Source: Hyperthermus butylicus DSM 5456 (lineage in GTDB: Archaea; Thermoproteota; Thermoprotei_A; Sulfolobales; Pyrodictiaceae). From it: a DNA stretch of 32,000 nucleotides. The position numbers and the translations under genes were made by a program. Below are positions 1-8,900 of this stretch, piece by piece. Location: NCBI RefSeq assembly GCF_000015145.1, contig NC_008818.1:930001-962000 (forward strand), read 5' to 3'. The notes beneath the pieces are model-generated. The model saw only the letters and a list, made by a program, of their open reading frames with translations, searched no databases and was not told the origin of the DNA. Within the stretch, counting starts at the first letter, position 1. The number at the start of each line of letters is the position of its first letter.

Positions 1-63
1 CACATGGGGCTAGGCTGGTCTATGTTAGGCTTCGAAAGCTGCCAAGACTATTGTCGAAGAATG

Positions 64-438
64 CTAATGGTTAGCGGGGCATGTTGATGCACTACCAAGT
101 TTTTCAACTCTCTTGCGTAGCTCTCGACATAGATTGCACATCTCGTTCGAAATTTCCCTATTGTCTATGTTGCCGCTAACTACACGCTCGGCAAGCTTAA
201 ATATATGTTGATACAGCTGCTCGTCATTCAATATAGTGTCTATGTAGTCGCTACCTCTCCTCCGTAACAAGTAGTTAGATATGGCAGCCGGTGTTAGTCG
301 GAGAAGCTTGGCAGCCTTGTATATTGATAGGCCATAGTCTCTCACGAGCACAATAGCTATTGAAGCCCTAATGGATGGAACATACTTCTTAACTGCTACT
401 TCGCACGGTGTTACGAGTAGTGTTTGCTCACCATTCAT
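64..438 (-). CDS. HTH transcriptional regulator (XRE-like, COG2522-type) with conserved-looking cysteines
   Basis: 124-aa ORF with HTH-like segment DYGLSIYKAAKLLRLTPAAISNYLLRRRG. Cysteines in TPCEVAVKKYVPSIRASIA, CNLC and a C-terminal STCP. Confidence 0.75.
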   Translation of the reverse strand: MNGEQTLLVTPCEVAVKKYVPSIRASIAIVLVRDYGLSIYKAAKLLRLTPAAISNYLLRRRGSDYIDTILNDEQLYQHIFKLAERVVSGNIDNREISNEMCNLCRELRKRVEKLGSASTCPANH

Positions 439-540
439 AGCGGCTAGCCCATATTTTCAGCTGTTTAGATTCCGGGCTAATAATAGCTTTCCTTAGCTCA
501 TTGTAGTATCCGGATGGTGTATTATAAGAGGGAAAATATT

Positions 541-568
541 CGAAGCATACGAAACTTGTATGTTTCGT
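541..568. promoter_or_regulatory. Inverted repeat, candidate operator between the divergent HTH and PDO genes
   Basis: Perfect 7-bp arms ACGAAAC (549-555) / GTTTCGT (562-568) with 6-nt spacer. Extended imperfect arms CGAAGCATAC (541-550) / GTATGTTTCG (558-567). Confidence 0.35.
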
Positions 569-649
569 TTCAGTGAAAAGAAATTAAGAGCATATTGTTT
601 AAAGTAGAGAGTATGGCTTCCGCGGGTGGGAAGTAAAAGGTGGGTAGCA

Positions 650-1375
650 GTGTTCGACCCTGTAAAAATGGAGATAGACAAGGAGACTAGGGATGCGATT
701 AAGGAAGCTTTTGAGGATCTCGTGAAGCCGGTTGAAATAAACGTCTTCATAGGTCCTAATTGCAGGTATTGTGACGAGACAGTAAAGATAGCTAAGGTTC
801 TCGAAGAGGAGGCACCGGTAAAGAATGGCAAAAAACTAGTAACCATGAAGATATACGAGAAAGATAAACATGTCGATGTATTTAAGAAACATGGTGTGGA
901 AAGAATACCAAGCTTAACCCTTGTCGAGGGAAGGATAAAGTATACCGGTACGCCTAGCGGTGAGGAGCTAAGAGGGCTCGTTGAGACAATAATAAGAATC
1001 TCTCAAGAGGATAGTGGTCTCGACGAGACAACAGTTGAGAAAATAAAGTTGATAGAAAAACCGGTTCACGTGGAAATCATTGTTACCCCGCAGTGCCCGT
1101 ACTGCCCCTATGCGGCACTACTATCAAACATGTTCGCCTATGAAGCGTGGAGAAACGGTAAGACCGACTTCGTATCGGAGATTGTTGAAGCCTATGAGAA
1201 TCCCGACATAGCTGACAAGTATGGTGTAACATCAGTACCAGCAATAGCTATCAACGGTGTGCTAGCATTCGTCGGCGTGCCTTACGAGGAAGACTTCATA
1301 GAGAGAATCATCGATGTAGTTGAGCGTAGGAGGACCATAAAGACAGAGTTCCTTGAAGGAGCAACCGGCATCTAG
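650..1375 (+). CDS. Protein disulfide oxidoreductase (PDO; tandem thioredoxin/glutaredoxin folds)
   Basis: Two redox motifs (NCRYC and QCPYCP) and cis-Pro segments (GVERIPSLTL, GVTSVPAIAINGV). GTG at 650 is preceded by aggtggg. ATG 668 is an alternative start. The supplied ORF begins at 626. Confidence 0.9.
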   Translation: MFDPVKMEIDKETRDAIKEAFEDLVKPVEINVFIGPNCRYCDETVKIAKVLEEEAPVKNGKKLVTMKIYEKDKHVDVFKKHGVERIPSLTLVEGRIKYTGTPSGEELRGLVETIIRISQEDSGLDETTVEKIKLIEKPVHVEIIVTPQCPYCPYAALLSNMFAYEAWRNGKTDFVSEIVEAYENPDIADKYGVTSVPAIAINGVLAFVGVPYEEDFIERIIDVVERRRTIKTEFLEGATGI

Positions 1376-1453
1376 ACAAAGATTCCCGGTAGGTCGATAG
1401 ACTCGTCTGCCTATCTGGCTTTTTATAAAATAACTCCTATAGCCAGGCTATAG

Positions 1454-1518
1454 GGGCTCAGCCAAATGCCTTCTCATCACGGTTCCCGATTCAGCGACGG
1501 GAGTACTCGTCACAGCCC
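1454..1518 (-). ncRNA. Candidate box C/D sRNA (2'-O-methylation guide)
   Basis: Minus strand: GGGC-T-GTGACGA(C)-12 nt-CTGA(D')-10 nt-GTGATGA(C')-12 nt-CTGA(D)-GCCC. Two 12-nt guides and complementary flanks, located in convergent intergenic DNA. Confidence 0.7.
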
Positions 1519-1569
1519 ATTCAGAAGAGGAAAGGGGAGGAAGCCTCCCTAATCCATATAGTGGCGGTA

Positions 1570-3528
1570 CTAGTTACCACCCAGCAGCTCTTCGATTTTG
1601 CGCTTAGCTATACTTGCTACCAGCTTACCGTCGACCTTGCCTCTTAGCTTTGGCATTACACGGCCCATAACCTTGTTTAGTGCCGCCAGCCCTCTCGCCC
1701 TAATCTCGGCTTCGAGCTGCTTTACAGCCTCCTCGACAAGTTTCTCGACCTTCTCCACAGGTACCGTCTCTATGCCCAGCTCGCGTACAGCCTCTTCGAC
1801 GCTCCTTGATGGATTCTCTGCCAGGTACTTTATGAGGTCTGGCACAGCATCCTTGGAGACTTTGCCCTCTGCTATAGCCCTCACGATCTCTTCTATATGG
1901 GTGTCTGAAAGGTTGCTAACGGGTACTCCTTCCCTTGCAAGGCTTCTCAGTATGTTTGTGAATAATGATGCTATGTAGGATGGTGCTACGCGGCTCCCAT
2001 ACTTCTCGGCGAGTTTTTCAAAGAGGTCTAGGTGTATGTCCCTTATGATCTGTCTTGCTAGCTGTTCGCTGAGGCCATACTTCCTAACCAGCTTTTCTAG
2101 TTTCTCGTGGGGCTTTTCCGGCACTATTTTGCGTGCTTTGTTGAGCAGCTCCTTGGTAACTTCTAGTGGTGGTATATCAGTCTCTGGATACATTCTAGCC
2201 GAGCCAGGCTGTGGTCTCATAAACTTGGTTGTGCCATCTTCCTGGGCAGCTCTAGTTTCCTTAGGTATGCCTTCGAGCGCCATTTTTGCCCTCTCCTTTA
2301 CAGCTTCCAGTGCCTTCCTGGCTTTGGGCTCTTCATCCGCTACTATGACTATTGCATCCCAGCCCTTCTTGGCATTAAGAAGTTTATATAGCTCCTCGAC
2401 TTCTTCAGCTGATATACCGTAGCCTGGTAGTTCATCGGTGTGGAAGAGGCCTCCTACACCACCCCAGAAGCGTGCATAGTCTGCTAGCTCTGTTCCAAAC
2501 CTTCTGCCTGGTTGCACCTCAACACCGAGTAGGCCGTGGAAACCTGGCAGCTTGAGAGCTAGAACCCTGCCTCCACGCTTGACTGCTCTAGCTATGATCT
2601 TTGACTTGGTCTTCTTAAACACATCTGTCACGTCGGCTATCTCCTGGGCATCGATATCTTCCTGCCTTACACCCCTCCTCTTTAGCTCGTCGCGTATCTC
2701 CAGGAGCCTCTTCTGTCTAATAGCTTCGTAGAGGACTATCTTCGGTATGAGTTCTAGCCTCTGTACACCCTTAATCTCGGTCTTTACTCCGCCCCTTATT
2801 GAGACGTTAAGGTCCTGGCGTATAGTACCTATACCCCTCTTTACCCTGCCGGTCAGCCTCAGCAGCTGGCCTATGGCTAGGGCAGCCTCATAGGCCTCCT
2901 CGGGAGTCTCAATGTCAGGCTCAGTCGATATCTCTATGAGTGGAATGCCTAGCCGGTCAAGCATGTAGTGTACGTAGCGGCCCTCCTCCCGTAGCTTACG
3001 GGAGGCATCCTCCTCTACAGCTATAGTTGCTATGCCTATCTTCTTGCCCGACTCGAGTTCTATCGAGCCTCCCAGGGCTATTATTGCGGTGCGCTGGAAC
3101 CCTGTAGTATTTGAGCCATCGATGACAATCTTCCTCATGACATGTATCTCGTCTACGGGTGTAGCGCCAAGAGCCAGGGCTACAGCGAGCCCTATAACCA
3201 CTGCCTCCTGGTTAATCTCATGTGGAGGTTCCTCGTCAGCCTCTACTAGGCAGCTAGTAGCCCTTGGCGCATGGTAGTGGTACATTCTACCCTTACGCCA
3301 TTCGAACAGTGCAGCAATGTCTACCTCGCCTAGCTCGCTACGGGTAGGCCTTAGTTGCCGAACAAACTCGTCTCCTGGCTCGTCCTCGCTGGAGAGCCTT
3401 GTGGGGCAATTGCAGAACAGCTTGGCTCTAGTATTTAGCTGTTGGTGTATCTCAAGGCCAGCCTTTAGCCCCAGCTCCCGAGGGTCATACTTTGAAGGGT
3501 CTACCTTGGGCTCGATCAATGCGGCCAC
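1570..3528 (-). CDS. gatE: Glutamyl-tRNA(Gln) amidotransferase subunit E
   Basis: 652-aa ORF with GatB/E signatures GLKAGLEIHQQLNTRAKLFCNCPT and GSNTTGFQRTAIIALGG. C-terminal GatB/Yqey-like tail. Partner gatD lies directly upstream. Confidence 0.97.
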   Translation of the reverse strand: MAALIEPKVDPSKYDPRELGLKAGLEIHQQLNTRAKLFCNCPTRLSSEDEPGDEFVRQLRPTRSELGEVDIAALFEWRKGRMYHYHAPRATSCLVEADEEPPHEINQEAVVIGLAVALALGATPVDEIHVMRKIVIDGSNTTGFQRTAIIALGGSIELESGKKIGIATIAVEEDASRKLREEGRYVHYMLDRLGIPLIEISTEPDIETPEEAYEAALAIGQLLRLTGRVKRGIGTIRQDLNVSIRGGVKTEIKGVQRLELIPKIVLYEAIRQKRLLEIRDELKRRGVRQEDIDAQEIADVTDVFKKTKSKIIARAVKRGGRVLALKLPGFHGLLGVEVQPGRRFGTELADYARFWGGVGGLFHTDELPGYGISAEEVEELYKLLNAKKGWDAIVIVADEEPKARKALEAVKERAKMALEGIPKETRAAQEDGTTKFMRPQPGSARMYPETDIPPLEVTKELLNKARKIVPEKPHEKLEKLVRKYGLSEQLARQIIRDIHLDLFEKLAEKYGSRVAPSYIASLFTNILRSLAREGVPVSNLSDTHIEEIVRAIAEGKVSKDAVPDLIKYLAENPSRSVEEAVRELGIETVPVEKVEKLVEEAVKQLEAEIRARGLAALNKVMGRVMPKLRGKVDGKLVASIAKRKIEELLGGN

Positions 3529-4889
3529 CTCGGGTATAGGTCTACGGTGTGTCTCGGATTGATCTCTCCAGCTAGGTTCTCGCGCATGAGTCTCTTTGCC
3601 TCCTCAAAACTCGAGGAGTGCGCTAGAACCCATGAAAGCTTGACGAAGGCTGTCTCGGGGAGCATATCGTCACCTGGCACGACACCTGCAGCTAGTAACT
3701 TGCGGCCGGTAGCGTAGACGTTCATGTTAACCCTGCCGAAGAGAGTTTGTGAAGTCATGACGACTACAATTTCGTTCTCCACAGCCCTCCTAATACTGTC
3801 CACGAGCCATTCGCCCACGTGGCCAAGCCCAGTACCTTCGAGGACTATGCCTCGGTAGCCGCGATCCACGAGAAAGTCTATGATCTCCGAATCCATTCCG
3901 GGATAATACTTTACCAGTGCAACCTTGCGCTCAAACCCATTCATAACTCTTAGCTCTTGTTCGCCTCTGCGTTGCAGGGGCTCTGAGACGAGTTCTATCC
4001 TCCTCTCAAACGGGTAAACCCTTGCTAGTGGCCTAGCATTAATACTCTGGAAGGCGTCACGCCGGCTTGTATGCATCTTTCTAACCTTCGTGGCTCTATG
4101 GGCTAAGGCGTAGGTGTCGCCGGTCTCTCCGTGCATAACCACGGTAACCTCGGCAAAGGGGGCCCTGGCTGCTACGAGCACAGCCGATATGAGGTTGAAG
4201 GAGGCATCGCTGCTGGGCCTATCACTACTCCTCTGGGCACCCACGAAGGCAATAGGCACTGGAAGCCCTCTAAACGCAAATGCTAGAGCAGAAGCTGTAT
4301 AAGCCATTGTATCGGTTCCGTGTGCTACTACGATGCCCTCAAAACCCTCAGCAATACTCTTGGCAACGGCATCCACTATACGTTCCCAGTACTCTGGTCT
4401 CATGTTCTCGCTTAGAATATTCATCAGAACCTCGGCTGAAACTTCGGCTATAAACCCGATCTCGGGAACAGCCTCTACAAGATCACGTGCAGACATTGCA
4501 GGCTTAACAGCGCCGGTCTCGTACTCAATCTTACTAGCAATAGTGCCCCCAGTACCGATGATCATAACTCGTGGCCTCTTCTCTAGCGGTGGTTGCTCCT
4601 CCAGGAGAGGAACCACGGCTGGAGCGCCGGCAGCGGCCTCCCTCAATATGGCCTCGCGTGTCTTCACAACAGTTATCTCGGTGTGCTCGTCGACCCTAAC
4701 ACCGATATTATAGCCGTTATCCAGCTTAATGACTATAATTGGCTTGGCACTAAGCGCGTAGCGTGGCATCAGTATGCCCTCGAAAACCCTGCCATCACGT
4801 TGCACAATCCTTATCCTATCACCAACCCTTGCACCAGCTCTTTCAAGCAAAGCCCTGGCAATACCAGTGTAGCCTGGAACAGTCTCCAA
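3516..4889 (-). CDS. gatD: Glutamyl-tRNA(Gln) amidotransferase subunit D (asparaginase-like)
   Basis: Asparaginase motifs GTGGTIASKI and VAHGTDTMAYTA, plus N-terminal KLDNGYNIGVRV. The supplied ORF starts at GTG 4943, but a TATA-like box lies at 4926-4935. TTG 4889 is the more plausible start. Overlaps gatE by 13 nt. Confidence 0.93.
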   Translation of the reverse strand: METVPGYTGIARALLERAGARVGDRIRIVQRDGRVFEGILMPRYALSAKPIIVIKLDNGYNIGVRVDEHTEITVVKTREAILREAAAGAPAVVPLLEEQPPLEKRPRVMIIGTGGTIASKIEYETGAVKPAMSARDLVEAVPEIGFIAEVSAEVLMNILSENMRPEYWERIVDAVAKSIAEGFEGIVVAHGTDTMAYTASALAFAFRGLPVPIAFVGAQRSSDRPSSDASFNLISAVLVAARAPFAEVTVVMHGETGDTYALAHRATKVRKMHTSRRDAFQSINARPLARVYPFERRIELVSEPLQRRGEQELRVMNGFERKVALVKYYPGMDSEIIDFLVDRGYRGIVLEGTGLGHVGEWLVDSIRRAVENEIVVVMTSQTLFGRVNMNVYATGRKLLAAGVVPGDDMLPETAFVKLSWVLAHSSSFEEAKRLMRENLAGEINPRHTVDLYPRWPH

Positions 4890-4925
4890 GGCAGACCTAG
4901 CCCCAGCAAAAGCCAAGAATAAAAG

Positions 4926-4935
4926 CCTATATAAG
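4926..4935 (-). promoter_or_regulatory. TATA-like promoter element for gatD-gatE
   Basis: Minus strand CTTATATAGG, about 40 nt upstream of the proposed TTG start at 4889. Confidence 0.5.
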
Positions 4936-5179
4936 GACTCCACGCCACTCTAGCAACGTTCTGGGGGAACACTATGCCAAGCCACGGTTCACTAACAAAG
5001 GCGGGCAAGGTTAGGAAGCAGACACCAAAGATCCCTGCAAAGCCCAGGAAGAACCCAGCGCCAAGGATGCGCAACAGGAGGGAGTACAAGAGACTGCTAG
5101 TGAAGATGCAGCAGGGCCAGCTAACGCGCTAAAGAGGGCTACATCAAAGTCCCATCCCGATAATCCTTCTTTTATCCTT

Positions 5180-5416
5180 CTAGATATTTTGGTAACCAGC
5201 TTGGTTTCCAGGTTCAATGCTTCTCTCTTCCTTCGGCCTAGCGGCTGTCAATAGCTTCTGATATGAGGAGATGGCACTAACCAACTCCATGTAGTGATTG
5301 GGTAACCCGTCATGGAGATAAACGCGGATAACATATGGTGGTGCGTCAAGATAAGAGAACAATGTTATAAGCAGTTTTTCGGCCTTTGGGCGGTGGTTAA
5401 CCCAGTTAAAAACCAT
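5180..5416 (-). CDS. Hypothetical small protein (78 aa)
   Basis: Co-oriented ORF between gatD and alba with plausible protein-like composition. No family recognised. Confidence 0.4.
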   Translation of the reverse strand: MVFNWVNHRPKAEKLLITLFSYLDAPPYVIRVYLHDGLPNHYMELVSAISSYQKLLTAARPKEERSIEPGNQAGYQNI

Positions 5417-5448
5417 CTCTATCGCGCCAATAGACTCCTAGTGTGGGG

Positions 5449-5745
5449 TTAGTCTTTGCGTACTAGGACGATCTCGATGGTGCTAACCCTGCTCTGGCGG
5501 CCGTCGGGATTCTGTATTACCTGGCTGTCAATCTTGATCTCCTTGACGTCAACCTTGTCTGGTAGGAACCTCTTCCTGACGATCTCCACAGTGTCAACAG
5601 CCTTGCTTATGGCGCGGCCCCTAGCCTTGATGACTACCTCCTTGACGCCCTGGTTTAGCAGGGTTAGGGTTGCTAGTACGTAGTTCATTACAGGCTTCTT
5701 ACCTACTAGAACTACATTGCTTGGAGCTGCGGTTGCCTGCGCCAT
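5449..5745 (-). CDS. albA: DNA/RNA-binding chromatin protein Alba
   Basis: [51 protein letters not shown] is characteristic of Alba. The likely ATG is 5745 ([10 protein letters not shown]). The supplied ORF extends to GTG 5781. Confidence 0.95.
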   Translation of the reverse strand: MAQATAAPSNVVLVGKKPVMNYVLATLTLLNQGVKEVVIKARGRAISKAVDTVEIVRKRFLPDKVDVKEIKIDSQVIQNPDGRQSRVSTIEIVLVRKD

Positions 5746-5795
5746 TTCGCATCCCCTCAAGCCTTGGTGTCGTGTACCCACCCGTGGGGACGGCA

Positions 5796-5809
5796 GTATT
5801 TATGCTTTT
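5796..5809 (-). promoter_or_regulatory. BRE/TATA-like promoter for alba
   Basis: Minus strand GAAAAGCATAAATACTG, about 50 nt upstream of the Alba ATG. Confidence 0.5.
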
Positions 5810-5917
5810 CCATTTTTCTGTAAGGCGTTTTCTGGCTTGGTGTTACCAGCTCTCCAGTTCTATACCCTGCGATGCTTGAAGCGAACACTACACGTCTGGG
5901 ATGGAGGTAAGCTAGCA

Positions 5918-8900
5918 TTGACGCTGACGCTGCGACCAGTCTATCACGCAGCATGCCCTAACTGCGGGGGACCGATATCAGCTGTACGCCTCGTAGAAGG
6001 TCTGCCTTGCGTTCAGTGTCTTCCTACCGTGGGGGAACTATCGACGGACTATTACGAGCGCATAGAGACTATTGGTAGGCTGCTTGCCGAGAACGGTAGA
6101 TTGAGGGGGTATTGGTACCTATACAGTTCCACGAGCCAACTCCGCGAGTTTGAGGAGTTCTTCGAGAAGCTGACAGGTCACAAGCTGTGGAGTGCGCAGA
6201 GGACCTGGGCTAAGCGTATGCTGCAAGGCGAGAGCATAGCTATTGTAGCCCCTACAGGTGTTGGTAAGACCACACTACTCAGCGTATATGCAGTCTATCG
6301 GGCCTCGCAAGGCTTGAAGGTCTACTATCTCCTACCCACAGAAAATCTTGCTAGGCAGGTTACAAGGAAGCTTGAAACACTCTCTAGCCGCTTGGGCGGG
6401 GGCATACGTGTAGTCTCATACTACTCCAGCCTTCCGAAGAGGGCTAAGGAGGAGAGCCTCAGAACAATAGAGGAGAGGAGCTACGATATACTGGTTACTA
6501 CGACGGCATTCCTCTCCAGGAGATGGAGCCTCATAGAGGGTATACGCTTTGACTCAATACTCGTGGATGACGTGGATGCTGTTTTGAGGAACTCAAAGAA
6601 CATTGACAAGCTGCTCCAAGCCCTTGGCTTTAGCGTAGAAGCTATAGAAGCTGCCTACAACCTGGTAAAGAAGAAGATAATGGCCACTATAGCTAAGACT
6701 TCCGGTAACATTAAGAGATATGAAAAACTCCTACAAGATATTGAACAGCTCGAGGCGATACTCTCCCAAGAACTTGTTAAGACTACTCCAGGTCAACTTG
6801 TGATAGCATCGGCTACCGGTCGCGCTTACGGGCTAAAGCCCAAGTTGTTCCGTGAGCTGCTAGGCTTCGATATAGGTAGAGTCTATGACTACACTAGGAG
6901 CATAGCAAACCTCTATAAAATAGTCAACGATCCCGTGGCAGAGGCTGTTTCACTCGTAACCAGGATGGGTGGTGGTGGCCTCGTATTCGTGGCGAAGAGG
7001 TTTGGCAAGAATGTCGCGAGAAGGATAGCAGAGATGTTAAACGAACGTGGCATAAGGGCTGCAGTAGCCCTCGCTGGCAGAAGAGTCCTAGACCGCTTCG
7101 CATCCGGAGAGTACGACGTGCTTGTCGGTGTAGCCTCCTACTATGGCGTCATAGTACGTGGTATCGATATGCCAGAGCGTATACACTACACAGTATTCGT
7201 TGGTGTACCAAGTCAAGCTATAGAGGCTGGGAAGGCGCTATTATCACCGCATCGTATTGCCCGAAGCGCTGTGGAGCTGTCCCTTGAGGGTGCTGAGGAG
7301 CTTGCTCGGAGGCTCTCGAAGCTAGCACCCAACGAGGTAACAGTTCTACGTATAGCGCTTGAGAGGGGAGAAAGGCTTGAGGGTCGTCTAGGCGAGATCC
7401 TCGAAATGCTTCTAGAGACTAGGAGGAAGCTTCTACACGCTATAGAGGAGCTGGTATCTATTGAGGGTTCGGTGGCGGTTGGTGGTGCCCTGTACAGGTT
7501 TGAGGATGGAAAGCTTGTAGCAATACTGCCTGACGCGCCAACATACGTGCAGGCTAGTGGAAGGGCAAGCCGCATGTATGGCTCCGCGATGACCCATGGG
7601 ATAAGCATAGTGCTTGACGTCGATGAGATTCTGGTGAGGCTCCTTGCCGAGAAACTGAAGAGATTCCTTGAGGATGTAAGGTTTGAAGAGCTTAGCAGCG
7701 AGAAGCTCGCGAAAGAGCTTGAGAAGGCGCGTGCTAGCAGGCGTGGTGGTGTCGGAAAGAAGGTTGATATTGAGACGTGTCTAATAGTCGTAGAGTCGCC
7801 TACCAAGGCTAAAACAATAGCAGGCTTCTTTGGGAGGCCGGTGCGTAGGCGCATAGGCTCAGTGGTGGTCTACGAGACGACATTTTACAACCCAGTCTCT
7901 GGCAAGATACACGTAGCAGCTATAGCGGCAACAGCAGGCCATGTATACGACCTAACCATAGACGACGAGGGAATTTATGGTGTCGAGCTTGGCAAGAATG
8001 GAGTGTCGCCGATATACAAGCCTATAAAGAGGTGTTTAAGCTGTGGCCACCAGTTCTCATCTTCAAGCCAGGTATGCCCACGGTGCGGCTCATCAAATAT
8101 TGTGAGTAAGGAGGATGTAATTGGGGCACTGAGGCAGCTAGCAATAGAGAATGAGGTTGTCTACATAGCCACAGACCCGGATGTCGAGGGCGAAAAGATA
8201 GCCTACGACATCTACCTCCTACTCCGACCCTATGCTAGGAAGATAATGAGGATAGAACTTCACGAGATAACTAGGAGCGAGCTAAACCGCGCCCTTGCCA
8301 ACCCCAGAGAGGTGGATGTAAGGCTTGCGGAAGCCCAGATGGTCCGGCGTATTGAGGACCGCTGGATAGGATTTGGGCTAAGCCAGCACCTATGGCAGGT
8401 ATTTGGCAAAAACTGGCTTGGTGCTGGCCGCGTCCAGACACCGGTTCTGGGCTGGATAATAGAGAGGTATAGTGAGTGGCGTAGTAACCTGGGCTACAAC
8501 CTCTACATAAGGCTGCCCGGCGGGCCGCTCGTGAAAATACATTATGATAGTGCTAGCGGGGCTCGCGAAGCGGCAGCAGCAGCAGAGAATGGTGTGAGAG
8601 TAGTCAGCGTCGAGGAGGAGGTTGTGGAGATTAACCCACCGCCACCATATACGACGGAGTCGTTAATTTACGATGCCTCAAGGCTCTATGGCTACCCTGC
8701 ACAGAAGACTATGAGGGTGGCGCAGGAACTCTTCGAAGCCGGCCTAATAACCTACCACCGTACAGACTCAACGCATGTATCTGGGCTTGGCCAGCACATA
8801 GCAAGGCTATACCTTGAATCAAGGGAGGATGCCGAGCTACTCCAGCCCCGGAGCTGGGGCCCCCAGGGACATCATGAAGCGATTAGGCCCACGAGGCCCA

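Noticed and set aside
493-846. 117-aa minus-strand ORF covering the HTH/PDO intergenic region and the PDO 5' end
   Set aside because: Antisense to the PDO gene and Ser/Thr/Phe-rich. The intergenic segment instead contains promoter-like elements and the inverted repeat.
4811-5217. Minus-strand ORFs 4811-5089 and 5011-5217 upstream of gatD
   Set aside because: They overlap each other and gatD or its promoter region, and their compositions do not look like real proteins.
7213-7854. 213-aa minus-strand ORF inside reverse gyrase
   Set aside because: Ser/Arg/Pro-rich low-complexity translation antisense to a conserved gene. A typical shadow ORF.
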